A DNA stretch of 62,753 nt, counting the filler, from an uncultured Methanosarcinales archaeon (GTDB lineage: Archaea; Nanobdellota; Nanobdellia; Woesearchaeales; CAZXZL01): NCBI GenBank assembly GCA_964645415.1. It is 4 parts of 4 records of this genome, joined end to end, with 100 filler letters (N's around TTAATTAATTAA, not from the genome) between each part and the next. Parts side by side here need not be neighbours in the genome. Positions count along the whole stretch, not along the records: positions 17,161 to 32,680 come from CAZXZL010000022.1; 3 more parts are not named here. One strand, 5' to 3'. The notes under the pieces are model-generated. The model was not told where the DNA came from. It searched no databases and saw only the letters and a program-made list of their open reading frames with translations. Of the stretch, positions 23,550-32,780 are shown one piece after another (the stretch's first letter is position 1; every line of letters begins with the position of its first letter). The position numbers and the translations under genes are program-made.

Positions 23550-23870
23550 TTAAAGATCCTTCTCAATTTCATTAAGCTCATCTTTAGTTAATGAATATTC
23601 TGGATTTTGAGTTAACTCAAATTCAATTAATGCAATTTCTTGCAAAATTTTTTCAAGATCAGAAAAACTTTTATCACTAACTTCTTTTAATTCTCTCTTA
23701 TAAAGTGATAAGTCTTCATATTGTTTATCATTTTTATCATAGTGTTTCTTTAATTCATCAATTAAATTGTTTACTTGTTTTGAATTATACGTTTTTAGTG
23801 TCTCAAAATATGTTTCTTTTAGTCTTCCTTCAAAAAACTCAACCATTTTTCCGTTATAATTTTCATCCAT
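23550..23870 (-). CDS. Hypothetical protein
   Basis: 106-aa ORF. Upstream GGGGTTAAAATG context is identical to that of thyX. Confidence 0.6.
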   Translation of the reverse strand: MDENYNGKMVEFFEGRLKETYFETLKTYNSKQVNNLIDELKKHYDKNDKQYEDLSLYKRELKEVSDKSFSDLEKILQEIALIEFELTQNPEYSLTKDELNEIEKDL

Positions 23871-24004
23871 TTTAACCCCTTTGTTAACTTATACTTTGTA
23901 ATACTTTTTTTTATTTATTGTTTTATGTTTTAGATGATATCTTTGTAAAAATACATGTTTGAATATACAGATAATTATTTAAATTATCTTTTATGAATTA
24001 ATTT

Positions 24005-24751
24005 ATGGGTTATTTTTCACATTCAAAAATAAACACATTTTTTAATTGTAAGTATCAATATAAGTTAAGATACATTGATAGAGTCAAAGTTGATTATAAA
24101 ACTTCTATTGAAGGTTTTATGGGGTCTTTAGTTCATAATACTATTGAAAAATTACATAGAACTTTAAAAAATAAAAAAACCTTAATTCCAAAGCCTTTGT
24201 TAGTCCAATTTTATAATCAAAGATGGGATTTAAAATGGAGCGATGATATTTTAATAGTAAAAGATAAACCGATGAATTATTATAAAAAGAAAGGAGAAAA
24301 TATCATTTCAAACTATTATGAACGTTTTCATCCTTTTAATAAATTTTCAACAATTGATTTAGAAACTAAAGATTACTTAAAATTAAATAATGATAACTAT
24401 TCAGTAAGAATTGATCGTTTAGCAAAAGATAAATCTAACAATTACTATGTTATTGATTTTAAAACATCTTCAAGATTACCTTCAGATGATGATATAAAAA
24501 ATGATACACAGTTATCTATGTATTCTTTACATATCTTAAAAAAGTTTAATTTAGATGAGATCAATCTTATTTGGAGAATGCTTGCTTTTAACAAAAGCTT
24601 AAAACTAAAAAGAACAAAAAAAGAACTAAGTGAGATTAAAGAAAGTATTGAAAATAAAATAAAGATAATAAAAAAAGAAAAAGAGTTTAAACCTAATTTA
24701 TCTAAACTTTGTCACTGGTGTTCCTATCAAGATAAATGTGAGTATTTTTAA
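24005..24751 (+). CDS. PD-(D/E)XK nuclease, RecB/Cas4-like family (PDDEXK_1) with likely Fe-S cysteines
   Basis: SHSKINTFFNCKYQY, RIDRL..VIDFKT, QLSMY and C-terminal CHWCSYQDKC. Confidence 0.85.
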   Translation: MGYFSHSKINTFFNCKYQYKLRYIDRVKVDYKTSIEGFMGSLVHNTIEKLHRTLKNKKTLIPKPLLVQFYNQRWDLKWSDDILIVKDKPMNYYKKKGENIISNYYERFHPFNKFSTIDLETKDYLKLNNDNYSVRIDRLAKDKSNNYYVIDFKTSSRLPSDDDIKNDTQLSMYSLHILKKFNLDEINLIWRMLAFNKSLKLKRTKKELSEIKESIENKIKIIKKEKEFKPNLSKLCHWCSYQDKCEYF

Positions 24752-24758
24752 TTATTGT

Positions 24759-25292
24759 TTATTCTACACATTCGTTTTTGATATTATATATGAAACTATC
24801 TATTGAACCTTGTGCAAAATCATAAACTTCTTTACATTCTCTTTTAATATTTACTGCATCAATAATATAATCCATTTTCTTTGGATATCTTTTTACTATA
24901 AAGTAATCTCCTCTAATCTCTTTTAATCCAATACGATTAAATGCATATATGTCAACTAATCTTCTTTTTGAAATTTCATCAAAAGTCACATTCTCAAATA
25001 TTAAATCATTATAACTACTTGAAATACATTTGAGTTTACTATCAATCTCTTCTTTTTCATATGTTTCAAGTTTTTTTTCTTGATTTATCTCTGAAATAAC
25101 TTCACTTAACTCATTCATTATCGTTTCTGATTTATATTTCATATCTGCAATTCTCTGAAAATGTTCCATATTATTATAAGCATATTCTTCAATTTCATGA
25201 TAAATTACATCTTCTAAAGAACCATCTTTTTTTTCTCTTTTTTCATTTTCTAATTGTTTAATTTTTTCTTTAAACTCTTTTTCAATTTCCAT
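24759..25292 (-). CDS. Hypothetical protein
   Basis: 177-aa ORF abutting the thyX stop codon. Confidence 0.65.
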   Translation of the reverse strand: MEIEKEFKEKIKQLENEKREKKDGSLEDVIYHEIEEYAYNNMEHFQRIADMKYKSETIMNELSEVISEINQEKKLETYEKEEIDSKLKCISSSYNDLIFENVTFDEISKRRLVDIYAFNRIGLKEIRGDYFIVKRYPKKMDYIIDAVNIKRECKEVYDFAQGSIDSFIYNIKNECVE

Positions 25293-26450
25293 TTAAATCA
25301 TCCTCTCTAAGCTATCCTTTCCAAAATAACAAGGTTCTAAACAATTAACATCTGGAAAAGTACATTTTGGACCATTATTATATTTCTTTAATTCATCATG
25401 TATCTTTTGATAATTTCCTTCTGTTTGTTTAAGATATTTTTCAAGTGTATTCTTTGTTTGATTCATAATCTCTAATTGTGCATGTCCACATAATCTTTCA
25501 GTTGCTTTTGATAAGAAATCTTCATAAGTTCCTCTCTCTTTTACTTTTACTAAAGTTGCTTGTGGAAAATTCATTGCAACTTTCTCTAAATCACTTAACC
25601 ACTCTTTTTCTTCAGATTTACCTCTGATTATTTTTGGGACATAGAATTCTTTTGGTTCTTTTATGGATTCCATCTCATAATTAATTGTTCTATGTCTATG
25701 AGCTTGTGCTAATCCTGCAAAAGAAATTTTGTAATTTGTAGAATATATGTCACCAAAAAATTCTTTATCATTTAATTTATCTTTAAATAAACTTAGTGAT
25801 CTCTTTTTTTGGTCTGGATTTAAATTTTCTTCATATAAATTATCCAATTGATTATTGAATTGTAACATACTTTCTTTTAGTTTCTGATTAAAAATAGTAT
25901 TTTTTTCTTTATTAACAAAATCATTAAACCAATGCATAATATAATTTAACTGTCTGAAATTAGTTGTATATTCCATTTTTGCAGGAGTAAATACTGATGT
26001 TAAATATCTTGCATTCTCCATTGCTAACTTTTCAGTTTTTTTATCTGTTAAATCAGGATATTTATCTTCAATATTTTCATAAAATTTTGATTTCCACTTT
26101 TGATATAAACTCTCTTCTCTTTTGCTTAAATCCTTCATTTTTGTATATCTTGCTGACTTTTCAGAAGTCGTATATACTTTTTCATTATTTAATACCATAG
26201 CCAACATCTTTGGTATATTCTTTATATATAAGTTATAAGTTGGATGTCCATAAACACTATGATGTCCGCTATTTAACGTCCTTTTGATTCTATTATTTGT
26301 TTTCTCTTCACTTTCATTCTTTATTTTATCAAAAGAATCACTCATATAACAGATTGCTGCAGCATGAGAACCATGATTTAATGCTTCATCTTTTTTCATT
26401 TCATATCCTTCTTTTGTTGACCCCAATAATTCAATTTCTAAATTTTCCAT
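25293..26450 (-). CDS. thyX: FAD-dependent thymidylate synthase, tandem two-domain form
   Basis: SGHHSVYGH, SEKSARY, ENARY and TNFRQL in the N-half. QAHRHRT and ERLCGHAQLEI in the C-half. Confidence 0.85.
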   Translation of the reverse strand: MENLEIELLGSTKEGYEMKKDEALNHGSHAAAICYMSDSFDKIKNESEEKTNNRIKRTLNSGHHSVYGHPTYNLYIKNIPKMLAMVLNNEKVYTTSEKSARYTKMKDLSKREESLYQKWKSKFYENIEDKYPDLTDKKTEKLAMENARYLTSVFTPAKMEYTTNFRQLNYIMHWFNDFVNKEKNTIFNQKLKESMLQFNNQLDNLYEENLNPDQKKRSLSLFKDKLNDKEFFGDIYSTNYKISFAGLAQAHRHRTINYEMESIKEPKEFYVPKIIRGKSEEKEWLSDLEKVAMNFPQATLVKVKERGTYEDFLSKATERLCGHAQLEIMNQTKNTLEKYLKQTEGNYQKIHDELKKYNNGPKCTFPDVNCLEPCYFGKDSLERMI

Positions 26451-26559
26451 TTTAACCCCATATATTAGTAGTATATTTTATTACTAATAGATAGTATTTA
26501 TTTTTTATTAACTTATTTTTATGAATTAATTTTTTAAAGTATATTATTTTATTGTTATT

Positions 26560-26790
26560 ATGCTAAAAAAAATTCATTTTGTTGTTCAATGTCCAGATTG
26601 TGAAAGAATTTTCGTACATAAAAAAAATAATTACTTTAATTGTAGATTTTGTAAAAAAAGGATTAAAATGTTTAAACCAAAAGCACAAGTTAAAATATTC
26701 TTTAAAGGTTCTCAGAAACAATGTAGACAATATATTAAAAATATGAATCCAAACCCAGAATTTAAAAAATATAAATACAAAGACAAATAA
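26560..26790 (+). CDS. Small zinc-ribbon protein (DUF1922-like)
   Basis: CPDC...CRFC motifs in a basic protein. Confidence 0.6.
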   Translation: MLKKIHFVVQCPDCERIFVHKKNNYFNCRFCKKRIKMFKPKAQVKIFFKGSQKQCRQYIKNMNPNPEFKKYKYKDK

Positions 26791-26860
26791 TTATTGTAAT
26801 TACTGTCGAGTAAATAATAAATAGAAATCTTTATAAAATAGTATTACTCTTCAGTAACAC

Positions 26861-27142
26861 ATGATAAAAGATTATTTATTTGTTGGATTTGGATTATTAT
26901 TAATTTCAACTTTTTTAAGTTTTTATACACTTGCAGAAGGTGTTACTGAAACTACAATTACTCACTCTACTCAGTATGCTACAGCAGTTGATTGTGGATT
27001 TCAAGGTATTCCTATTGAGAATTGTATGAACCAATCTACAGAAGAACTTGAAGAAGATATGGATGATTCTTTGGATGAATACTTAAAATTACTAAATGAA
27101 ACTAAAGAAGAATTATCAAATGAGATAGAATCACTTTCTTAA
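26861..27142 (+). CDS. Small secreted or membrane-anchored acidic protein
   Basis: N-terminal hydrophobic signal, a Cys pair and an acidic helix. Confidence 0.6.
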   Translation: MIKDYLFVGFGLLLISTFLSFYTLAEGVTETTITHSTQYATAVDCGFQGIPIENCMNQSTEELEEDMDDSLDEYLKLLNETKEELSNEIESLS

Positions 27143-27382
27143 TTTCTTTATCAGTATTACATTTCCTCTTTCTTCAACTACTTTAACTTTTAATTTTTCT
27201 TCAATAAATTTTATAGCATCTTTTTTATTTTGTGTATGTACAAAAGACTTTAGAAATTTTATTTTTAAAAAATTTTTATTTTTCATTTGTCTTTTAATTT
27301 CTTCTAAAATTTCTAATGTAATTCCATTTTTACCTATTCTAAGTGATACTCCTAATTTATTCATTTTTTTTCCTTTTTTCAT
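27131..27382 (-). CDS. yhbY: YhbY/CRM-domain RNA-binding protein
   Basis: LRIGKNGIT, LKIKFL and RGNVIL motifs. Confidence 0.85.
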   Translation of the reverse strand: MKKGKKMNKLGVSLRIGKNGITLEILEEIKRQMKNKNFLKIKFLKSFVHTQNKKDAIKFIEEKLKVKVVEERGNVILIKKLRK

Positions 27383-27397
27383 ATTTATCACTACTTT

Positions 27398-28540
27398 TTA
27401 AATAATATAACAATCTTTTTCAAAATCTAGATTACCATCATGACTTACTCTTTGACATAAATCTCTTATTGAATCTTCGTTATAGTTATCTACAACTTTA
27501 TTCCATTTAAAATCTGGTGATGGGTCCCATTTACCAGTCCCCTCACATCCAAATGTATCAAACTCCCATGCATAGTAATTATCTTCAACTTCAAAATGTC
27601 CAATAACAAATGGTTCTTTAATAAAATTAGGTTTTCTTTTCTCAATTTCTTTTTTTAAGTAATCTACTATTTTTTTTACACTTTCATACTGCTCATCAGT
27701 ATATTCTTCTGTTTCTCCATCATTAACTATTTCTATTCCGATTGTTTCTTGGTTTGCACCACACGCATGATGGGTTCCTTTATTTAAATCAACGTGTTTA
27801 GTAACTCTTCCATCTTTATCGATTAAAAAGTGAGCTCCTACATTATATTCATTACTTGAAAATACTCCATGTGCACCTTCCCAACTTGAACCACCTGTAT
27901 GATGAAGAATTATTCTTCTTGGTCCTTCAAAGCTTCTTCTTATTGGATAATTTGAGTCCATCATAAGTTCTAGATCGATTTCACTTGATAAATCTTCATA
28001 AAATGATTCAGATAAATCATTTAATTCTTCAGGACCTGTTCTTGTTGGATCTTCTGGAGGGACATATGATCCTTCAGGTCTATCCTCATCAACACCTATT
28101 GTGATAGGGTCTATACTTTCACTTTGTGAGCTATAATCATACTCATATCCTGGTAATGGATTATTATCATAATAAAGTTCACAAATTCTGTTTCCTTCAT
28201 CAATTGTAATAGTTGTAACTGATTCTGAAGTTGTCCTTCGAGAATTAATCCTTTTTAATTCCTCTTCTTCCACATTTGAATCAACAACATAACCGCCTTT
28301 TTTCTTATCTATTATTCTATTTACTGCCATTTTCTCAAGAACTTCTCTACATGTCCTGATACTATATACATCTTCAAGATGTTCTAATCTATTAATTGCT
28401 GTTGGTATTTCTCCTGCTGTGAATCTAACAAATAAATTACTTATATTTCCTCTCCAAAAACCCATATAAACAAATAGAACTAAGACCATTAATATTATGA
28501 ATACAATTACTCTTTGTGCTTCAAGCTGAGATTTTTTCAT
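27398..28540 (-). CDS. Pilin-like (class III signal) protein with C-terminal N-acetylmuramoyl-L-alanine amidase (Amidase_2/AmpD family)
   Basis: MKKSQ plus hydrophobic helix. IILHHT, AHFLIDKDG, HHAC, NQETIGIE, YTDEQY, IGHFEV and KWDPSP give all three Zn ligands and the catalytic Glu. Confidence 0.88.
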   Translation of the reverse strand: MKKSQLEAQRVIVFIILMVLVLFVYMGFWRGNISNLFVRFTAGEIPTAINRLEHLEDVYSIRTCREVLEKMAVNRIIDKKKGGYVVDSNVEEEELKRINSRRTTSESVTTITIDEGNRICELYYDNNPLPGYEYDYSSQSESIDPITIGVDEDRPEGSYVPPEDPTRTGPEELNDLSESFYEDLSSEIDLELMMDSNYPIRRSFEGPRRIILHHTGGSSWEGAHGVFSSNEYNVGAHFLIDKDGRVTKHVDLNKGTHHACGANQETIGIEIVNDGETEEYTDEQYESVKKIVDYLKKEIEKRKPNFIKEPFVIGHFEVEDNYYAWEFDTFGCEGTGKWDPSPDFKWNKVVDNYNEDSIRDLCQRVSHDGNLDFEKDCYII

Positions 28541-28675
28541 TTTTATTTAATCTACTTTTCTTTCCTTTAAATATTTTAGTAATAAAAAGTATAGTTTTAT
28601 ACAATATAATTAAGATATATATAATAAATTACAAAGTTATTTTTATATTAAATTTTCTATATTAAGTATAATGAA

Positions 28676-28723
28676 ACACAATATGTTGTGGTTTTTTTTA
28701 TTAATTAACACAATATATTGTGT
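28676..28723. promoter_or_regulatory. Tandem NrdR boxes
   Basis: ACACAATATGTTGTGG (28676-28691) and the perfect palindrome ACACAATATATTGTGT (28708-28723), 32 bp apart and directly upstream of nrdR-nrdJ. Both match the acaCwAtATaTwGtg consensus. Confidence 0.9.
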
Positions 28724-28741
28724 TGGAGTTGTCACTATAAA

Positions 28742-29200
28742 ATGAAATGTCCTTTTTGTTATTCTGAAAAAACACGTGTTATTGATAAGCGTGAGAAAAA
28801 TGAAGATAGGGTTGTTAGAAGAAGAAGGGAATGTCAAAGTTGTGAAAAAAGGTTTACAACTTATGAAAGAATTGAAAATCCTTCATTAATTGTAGTGAAG
28901 AAAAATGGATCTAAAGAAAATTTCAATAGAGAAAAATTAATGTCTGGAATTATTAAGTCTTGTGAAAAACGTGATATTTCTAAAAATGAAATTAGAAAGG
29001 TAGTAAATGAGATACAAAGTGATTTAATTAAAAATTTTCAAAATGAAGTTTCAAGTGAAGAAATTGGAAAAATAGTTACATCAAAATTAAAAAAATTAGA
29101 TAGTGTTGCTTATATGAGATTTGCATCTGTCTATAAGAATTTTGATGATGTTGATTCTTTTAAAAAAGAATTAGATTTATTAGAAGAAAAAAAGGTATAG
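28742..29200 (+). CDS. nrdR: Transcriptional repressor NrdR
   Basis: MKCPFC, VRRRRECQSCEKRFTTYE, ATP-cone and VAYMRFASVY. True start is 28742. Confidence 0.96.
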   Translation: MKCPFCYSEKTRVIDKREKNEDRVVRRRRECQSCEKRFTTYERIENPSLIVVKKNGSKENFNREKLMSGIIKSCEKRDISKNEIRKVVNEIQSDLIKNFQNEVSSEEIGKIVTSKLKKLDSVAYMRFASVYKNFDDVDSFKKELDLLEEKKV

Positions 29201-29210
29201 GTGTTTTTTA

Positions 29211-32006
29211 ATGATATATGAAAAAATTAAGTCAAAACTGGAAGAAAAGTTTGATTTATCTCTTTTTAATAATACTGAAGTTTTGAAAAGAGATGATACA
29301 AAATCTTTTTTCGATGTTGAAAGAGTTTATAATTCAATTTATAAGGCCATGATGGCAAAACAAACTTATGATGAGGATAAGCTTTACAAAGTAATGATTG
29401 ATGTTTTAGAAACATCAAAAGAGATTATTAAAGAAAAAAATTTACCTTCTGTTGAAGATATTCAAGATGTAATAGAAGTTTCTTTAATGAAAAATGGCCT
29501 TTTTGAAACTGCAAAAGCTTATATATTATACAGAGAGGAGAAATTTAAAGTAAGGGAAAAGAAAAAAGAAGTATTGAATAAAGAAAAATTAGATGATGTT
29601 GATAAGAATTTCAGTCTTAATTCTCTTCGTGTTTTAGAATCAAGATATCTTAAAAAAGATAATGATGGAAATATTATTGAATCTCCAAAAGGAATGTTTA
29701 AAAGAGTTGCAATAAATGGTGCTCTTTCTGAGATTGTTTATGATGATAGAATTTTTAATAGAAAAAATTTAGATAAAAATTTTGTTTTTGAATATAATGA
29801 AAAAGAAGAAGGTCATATTTATGATGATGAGGAAGATAGTTATGGTGTTGACAAAGAGACTTTAGAACTTGTCAAATCTTATCTTCCATTTCTCCATAAT
29901 TTTGATGAGTATCATAATGTTTTTTCTATTGGAAAGTATCATCTTAATAAATATCATTTTGAAAGGTTAATTTATGGAATCATTTATGAAGTTTTGAATG
30001 GAAGAATTGAAATTGAGGCAAAAGAATTTATCGAGATGCTTAAAGATTCCAAATTTGATAAACATGAATCTTTTATTAATGACATGTATGATGGAATGGT
30101 TAATCAACGTTTTATGCCTAATACTCCTTCTTTAGTGAATTCTGGTAGAAGGTTGGGTATGCTTTCTGCTTGTTTTACTATGGATATGGAAGATAATATG
30201 GAAAGTATTATGAGAGCAGCTTATGATGTTGCTTTAGTCCAAAAAACAGGTGGTGGAACTGGTATTAATTTTTCAAAACTTCGACCTAAAGATGATTTAG
30301 TTGGCTCTACAAAAGGAGTATCTTCAGGACCTCTATCATTTATGAAAATAATTGATTCTGTTTCTGATGTAATTAAACAAGGTGGTGTTAGAAGAGGAGC
30401 TAACATGGGAATTTTAGATGTCTGGCATCCTAATATTAATGATTTCATAAGATGTAAAGAAGAAGAAGGTAAGTTTGAGAATTTTAACATTTCTGTTGGT
30501 TTATGGGAAGACTTCTGGGAATCTTTTTACAATAAAGAGGGTTATAGTTTAGTTAACAAAAGAATTGATAAAAAAGTTAGAGAAATTGACCCTGAAGAGT
30601 TAATTGAAAGATTATCTTATTATGCTTGGTTAAAAGCAGATCCAGGAGTTTTATTTTTTGATAATATCAATAAGAGAAATGTTTTAATTGAAGCTAAGGG
30701 AGGAAAAATTAACACAACAAATCCTTGTGGTGAAGAGCCTTTATATGTTTATGAATCCTGTAATTTAACTAGTCTCAATATTAAGAAGTATGTTAAAGGA
30801 AAAGAATTTGACTGGGACAGTTTTCATAAAGATGTAAAAACTGTAGCTCATTATTTAGATAATGCAATTTCAATTAATAAATATCCTATTAAAAAGATTG
30901 AACACCATACTAAATTAACTAGAAGAATTGGTTTAGGAATTATGGGATTAGCAAATGCTCTTTTTGAAATGGATATTAAATATAATTCTGAAGAGGGATT
31001 TAATTTCATGAGAAAAATAATGGAACATTTAACTTATTTCTCTTATGAAAAATCTGCTGAATTATCAAAAGAAAGAGGATACTTCCCATTATATAAGGAT
31101 TCTGATTTTAAAGATGGTGATTTACCTGTTGAAGGTTTTTATGATTCAAGTGAATGGACTTTAAATTGGAATGATTTAATGAAAAAAATCAAAGAGAATG
31201 GAGTAAGAAATGCGATGGTAACAACTATGCCTCCTACAGGAAGTACTAGTATGATTTCTGATACTTCTTCTGGAATTGAGCCTACATTTGCACTTGCTTA
31301 TGAAAAAAGAGTAACTGTTGGTGAATTTGTATATGCAAATGATGTATTAGAAAAGAAACTTAAGAAAAGAGGTATCTTTTCAAATAAGTTACTTAAAAAA
31401 ATAGCAAAAAATGGAGGTTCTCTTCAAGGAATTGATGAAATCCCTGAGGATTTAAAAGACATTTTTGTTACATCAATGGATATGCATTGGTTAGATCATG
31501 TTGTTGCACAATCTGAAATGCAAAAATGGGTTACTGATAGTATTAGTAAAACAATTAATATGCCTAGTAATGTTGAGTCAGAGGATGTTATGTATTCATA
31601 TCTGATTGCTCATGAATTAGGTTGTAAAGGAGTTACTGTGTATAGAGATGGATCAAAAGCAAATCAAGTGCTAAATGCTGAGAATGATGAGGAAGAAAGA
31701 GAAATCCTTTCACCTTCTGATTATTCTGTAAGTGTTTTAAAAAATAAAATGGAGAGTTTTCCTAAATTTGGAAGAATTATTGATATGAAAAGGATTCTTA
31801 AAAGTAATGATAGTAATCTTGAATTGTTTTTGAATGAAAAAGATGATGATGAGGATAATCATTCAGAAAATGAAGAAGAAGAAGAGTCAACTTCTCACTC
31901 TCCTTCAAATGATTCAGAATGTCCTTCATGTGGTTCTGATGTAGCAATGGAAAGTGGTTGTAAAACGTGTTATTCGTGTGGATGGAGTGCTTGTGGGAGT
32001 TCTTAA
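29211..32006 (+). CDS. nrdJ: Class II (adenosylcobalamin-dependent) ribonucleotide reductase with ATP-cone
   Basis: FMPNTPSL, LSACF, RRGANMG, TNPCGEEPL..SCNL, PPTGSTS and YRDGS motifs, C-terminal CPSC..CYSCGWSAC. No beta-subunit gene adjacent. Confidence 0.92.
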   Translation: MIYEKIKSKLEEKFDLSLFNNTEVLKRDDTKSFFDVERVYNSIYKAMMAKQTYDEDKLYKVMIDVLETSKEIIKEKNLPSVEDIQDVIEVSLMKNGLFETAKAYILYREEKFKVREKKKEVLNKEKLDDVDKNFSLNSLRVLESRYLKKDNDGNIIESPKGMFKRVAINGALSEIVYDDRIFNRKNLDKNFVFEYNEKEEGHIYDDEEDSYGVDKETLELVKSYLPFLHNFDEYHNVFSIGKYHLNKYHFERLIYGIIYEVLNGRIEIEAKEFIEMLKDSKFDKHESFINDMYDGMVNQRFMPNTPSLVNSGRRLGMLSACFTMDMEDNMESIMRAAYDVALVQKTGGGTGINFSKLRPKDDLVGSTKGVSSGPLSFMKIIDSVSDVIKQGGVRRGANMGILDVWHPNINDFIRCKEEEGKFENFNISVGLWEDFWESFYNKEGYSLVNKRIDKKVREIDPEELIERLSYYAWLKADPGVLFFDNINKRNVLIEAKGGKINTTNPCGEEPLYVYESCNLTSLNIKKYVKGKEFDWDSFHKDVKTVAHYLDNAISINKYPIKKIEHHTKLTRRIGLGIMGLANALFEMDIKYNSEEGFNFMRKIMEHLTYFSYEKSAELSKERGYFPLYKDSDFKDGDLPVEGFYDSSEWTLNWNDLMKKIKENGVRNAMVTTMPPTGSTSMISDTSSGIEPTFALAYEKRVTVGEFVYANDVLEKKLKKRGIFSNKLLKKIAKNGGSLQGIDEIPEDLKDIFVTSMDMHWLDHVVAQSEMQKWVTDSISKTINMPSNVESEDVMYSYLIAHELGCKGVTVYRDGSKANQVLNAENDEEEREILSPSDYSVSVLKNKMESFPKFGRIIDMKRILKSNDSNLELFLNEKDDDEDNHSENEEEEESTSHSPSNDSECPSCGSDVAMESGCKTCYSCGWSACGSS

Positions 32007-32019
32007 CTCAACCTTTATC

Positions 32020-32680
32020 AAGCTTGACCAGGATAGTACTATACTCCGTATAGCACAGTATTACTATAGTATTCAATTTATTCCTGTTTTTGTTTTTATA
32101 AACTTTTTTTTCTTTTTTTAGAGGATTTGATCTCAATTTTTATCAAAATTGGTAAGGATAGTACTATACTTCGTATAGCACAGTGGTTCCTATAGTATTC
32201 TATTCAATTTTATTTTTGTTTTTATAATATCCTATTTTTTTATTTGGATGATTTTGATTTCTACACTCTTTAGCTTTTTATTTTCTACACTCTTTAGCAC
32301 TTTATCTTCTTCACTTTTCTAAGTTCAAAAAGCTTCGCTTTTTGTAACTTACGAAAATAGGTCTTTTCTAAGTTCAAAAAGCTTCGCTTTTTGTAACTTA
32401 CAAAAGTAGTCTACGTTTTACCTAATGAATATGTCTTCGCTTTTTTTCTAAAGAAATAGTAGGGCAAAATCATCTAAGTAAAAGTAACTTTAAAAATGAA
32501 ATAAAAAGAAATAGAATATTAAGGGAACTTACGTGCCATACAACGTATGGTACCATCCTGATCAAATTACTAAACTAAAGTTTAGAACTTGTTAAATTAC
32601 AAATTTAAAAGTGTGATAAAATTTGAGGGCAAAATCATCTAAGTAAAAGTAACTTAAAAGAATGAAATAAAAAGGAATAG
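32020..32680. repeat. Composite non-coding repeat array (hairpin copies at 32031, 32156, 32533; 39-bp internal duplication at 32314 and 32363)
   Basis: Direct inspection. Inverted homology to 17170-17695. Confidence 0.9.
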
Positions 32681-32780
32681 NNNNNNNNNNNNNNNNNNNN
32701 NNNNNNNNNNNNNNNNNNNNNNNNTTAATTAATTAANNNNNNNNNNNNNNNNNNNNNNNNNNNNNNNNNNNNNNNNNNNN
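32681..32780. other. Artificial contig linker
   Basis: N44-TTAATTAATTAA-N44. Confidence 0.97.

Noticed and set aside
24005..24751. Cas4 as evidence of a CRISPR-Cas system
   Set aside because: Solo PD-(D/E)XK nuclease with no cas1/cas2 or array nearby.
26455..26500. NrdR boxes upstream of thyX
   Set aside because: Only partial AT-rich resemblance to the consensus, indistinguishable from background by eye.
29720..30100. Intein or intron in nrdJ
   Set aside because: The inserted region has no intein C/S start, HN-C/S/T end or LAGLIDADG motifs, and the frame is continuous. Treated as a lineage-specific insertion.
17161..32680. Contig 2 as a linear plasmid, virus or giant transposon with ~520-bp terminal inverted repeats
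   Set aside because: The content is chromosomal core (dnaK, thermosome, RNR), the repeats are imperfect, and the same modules occur on other contigs. Two dispersed copies in opposite orientation explain it.
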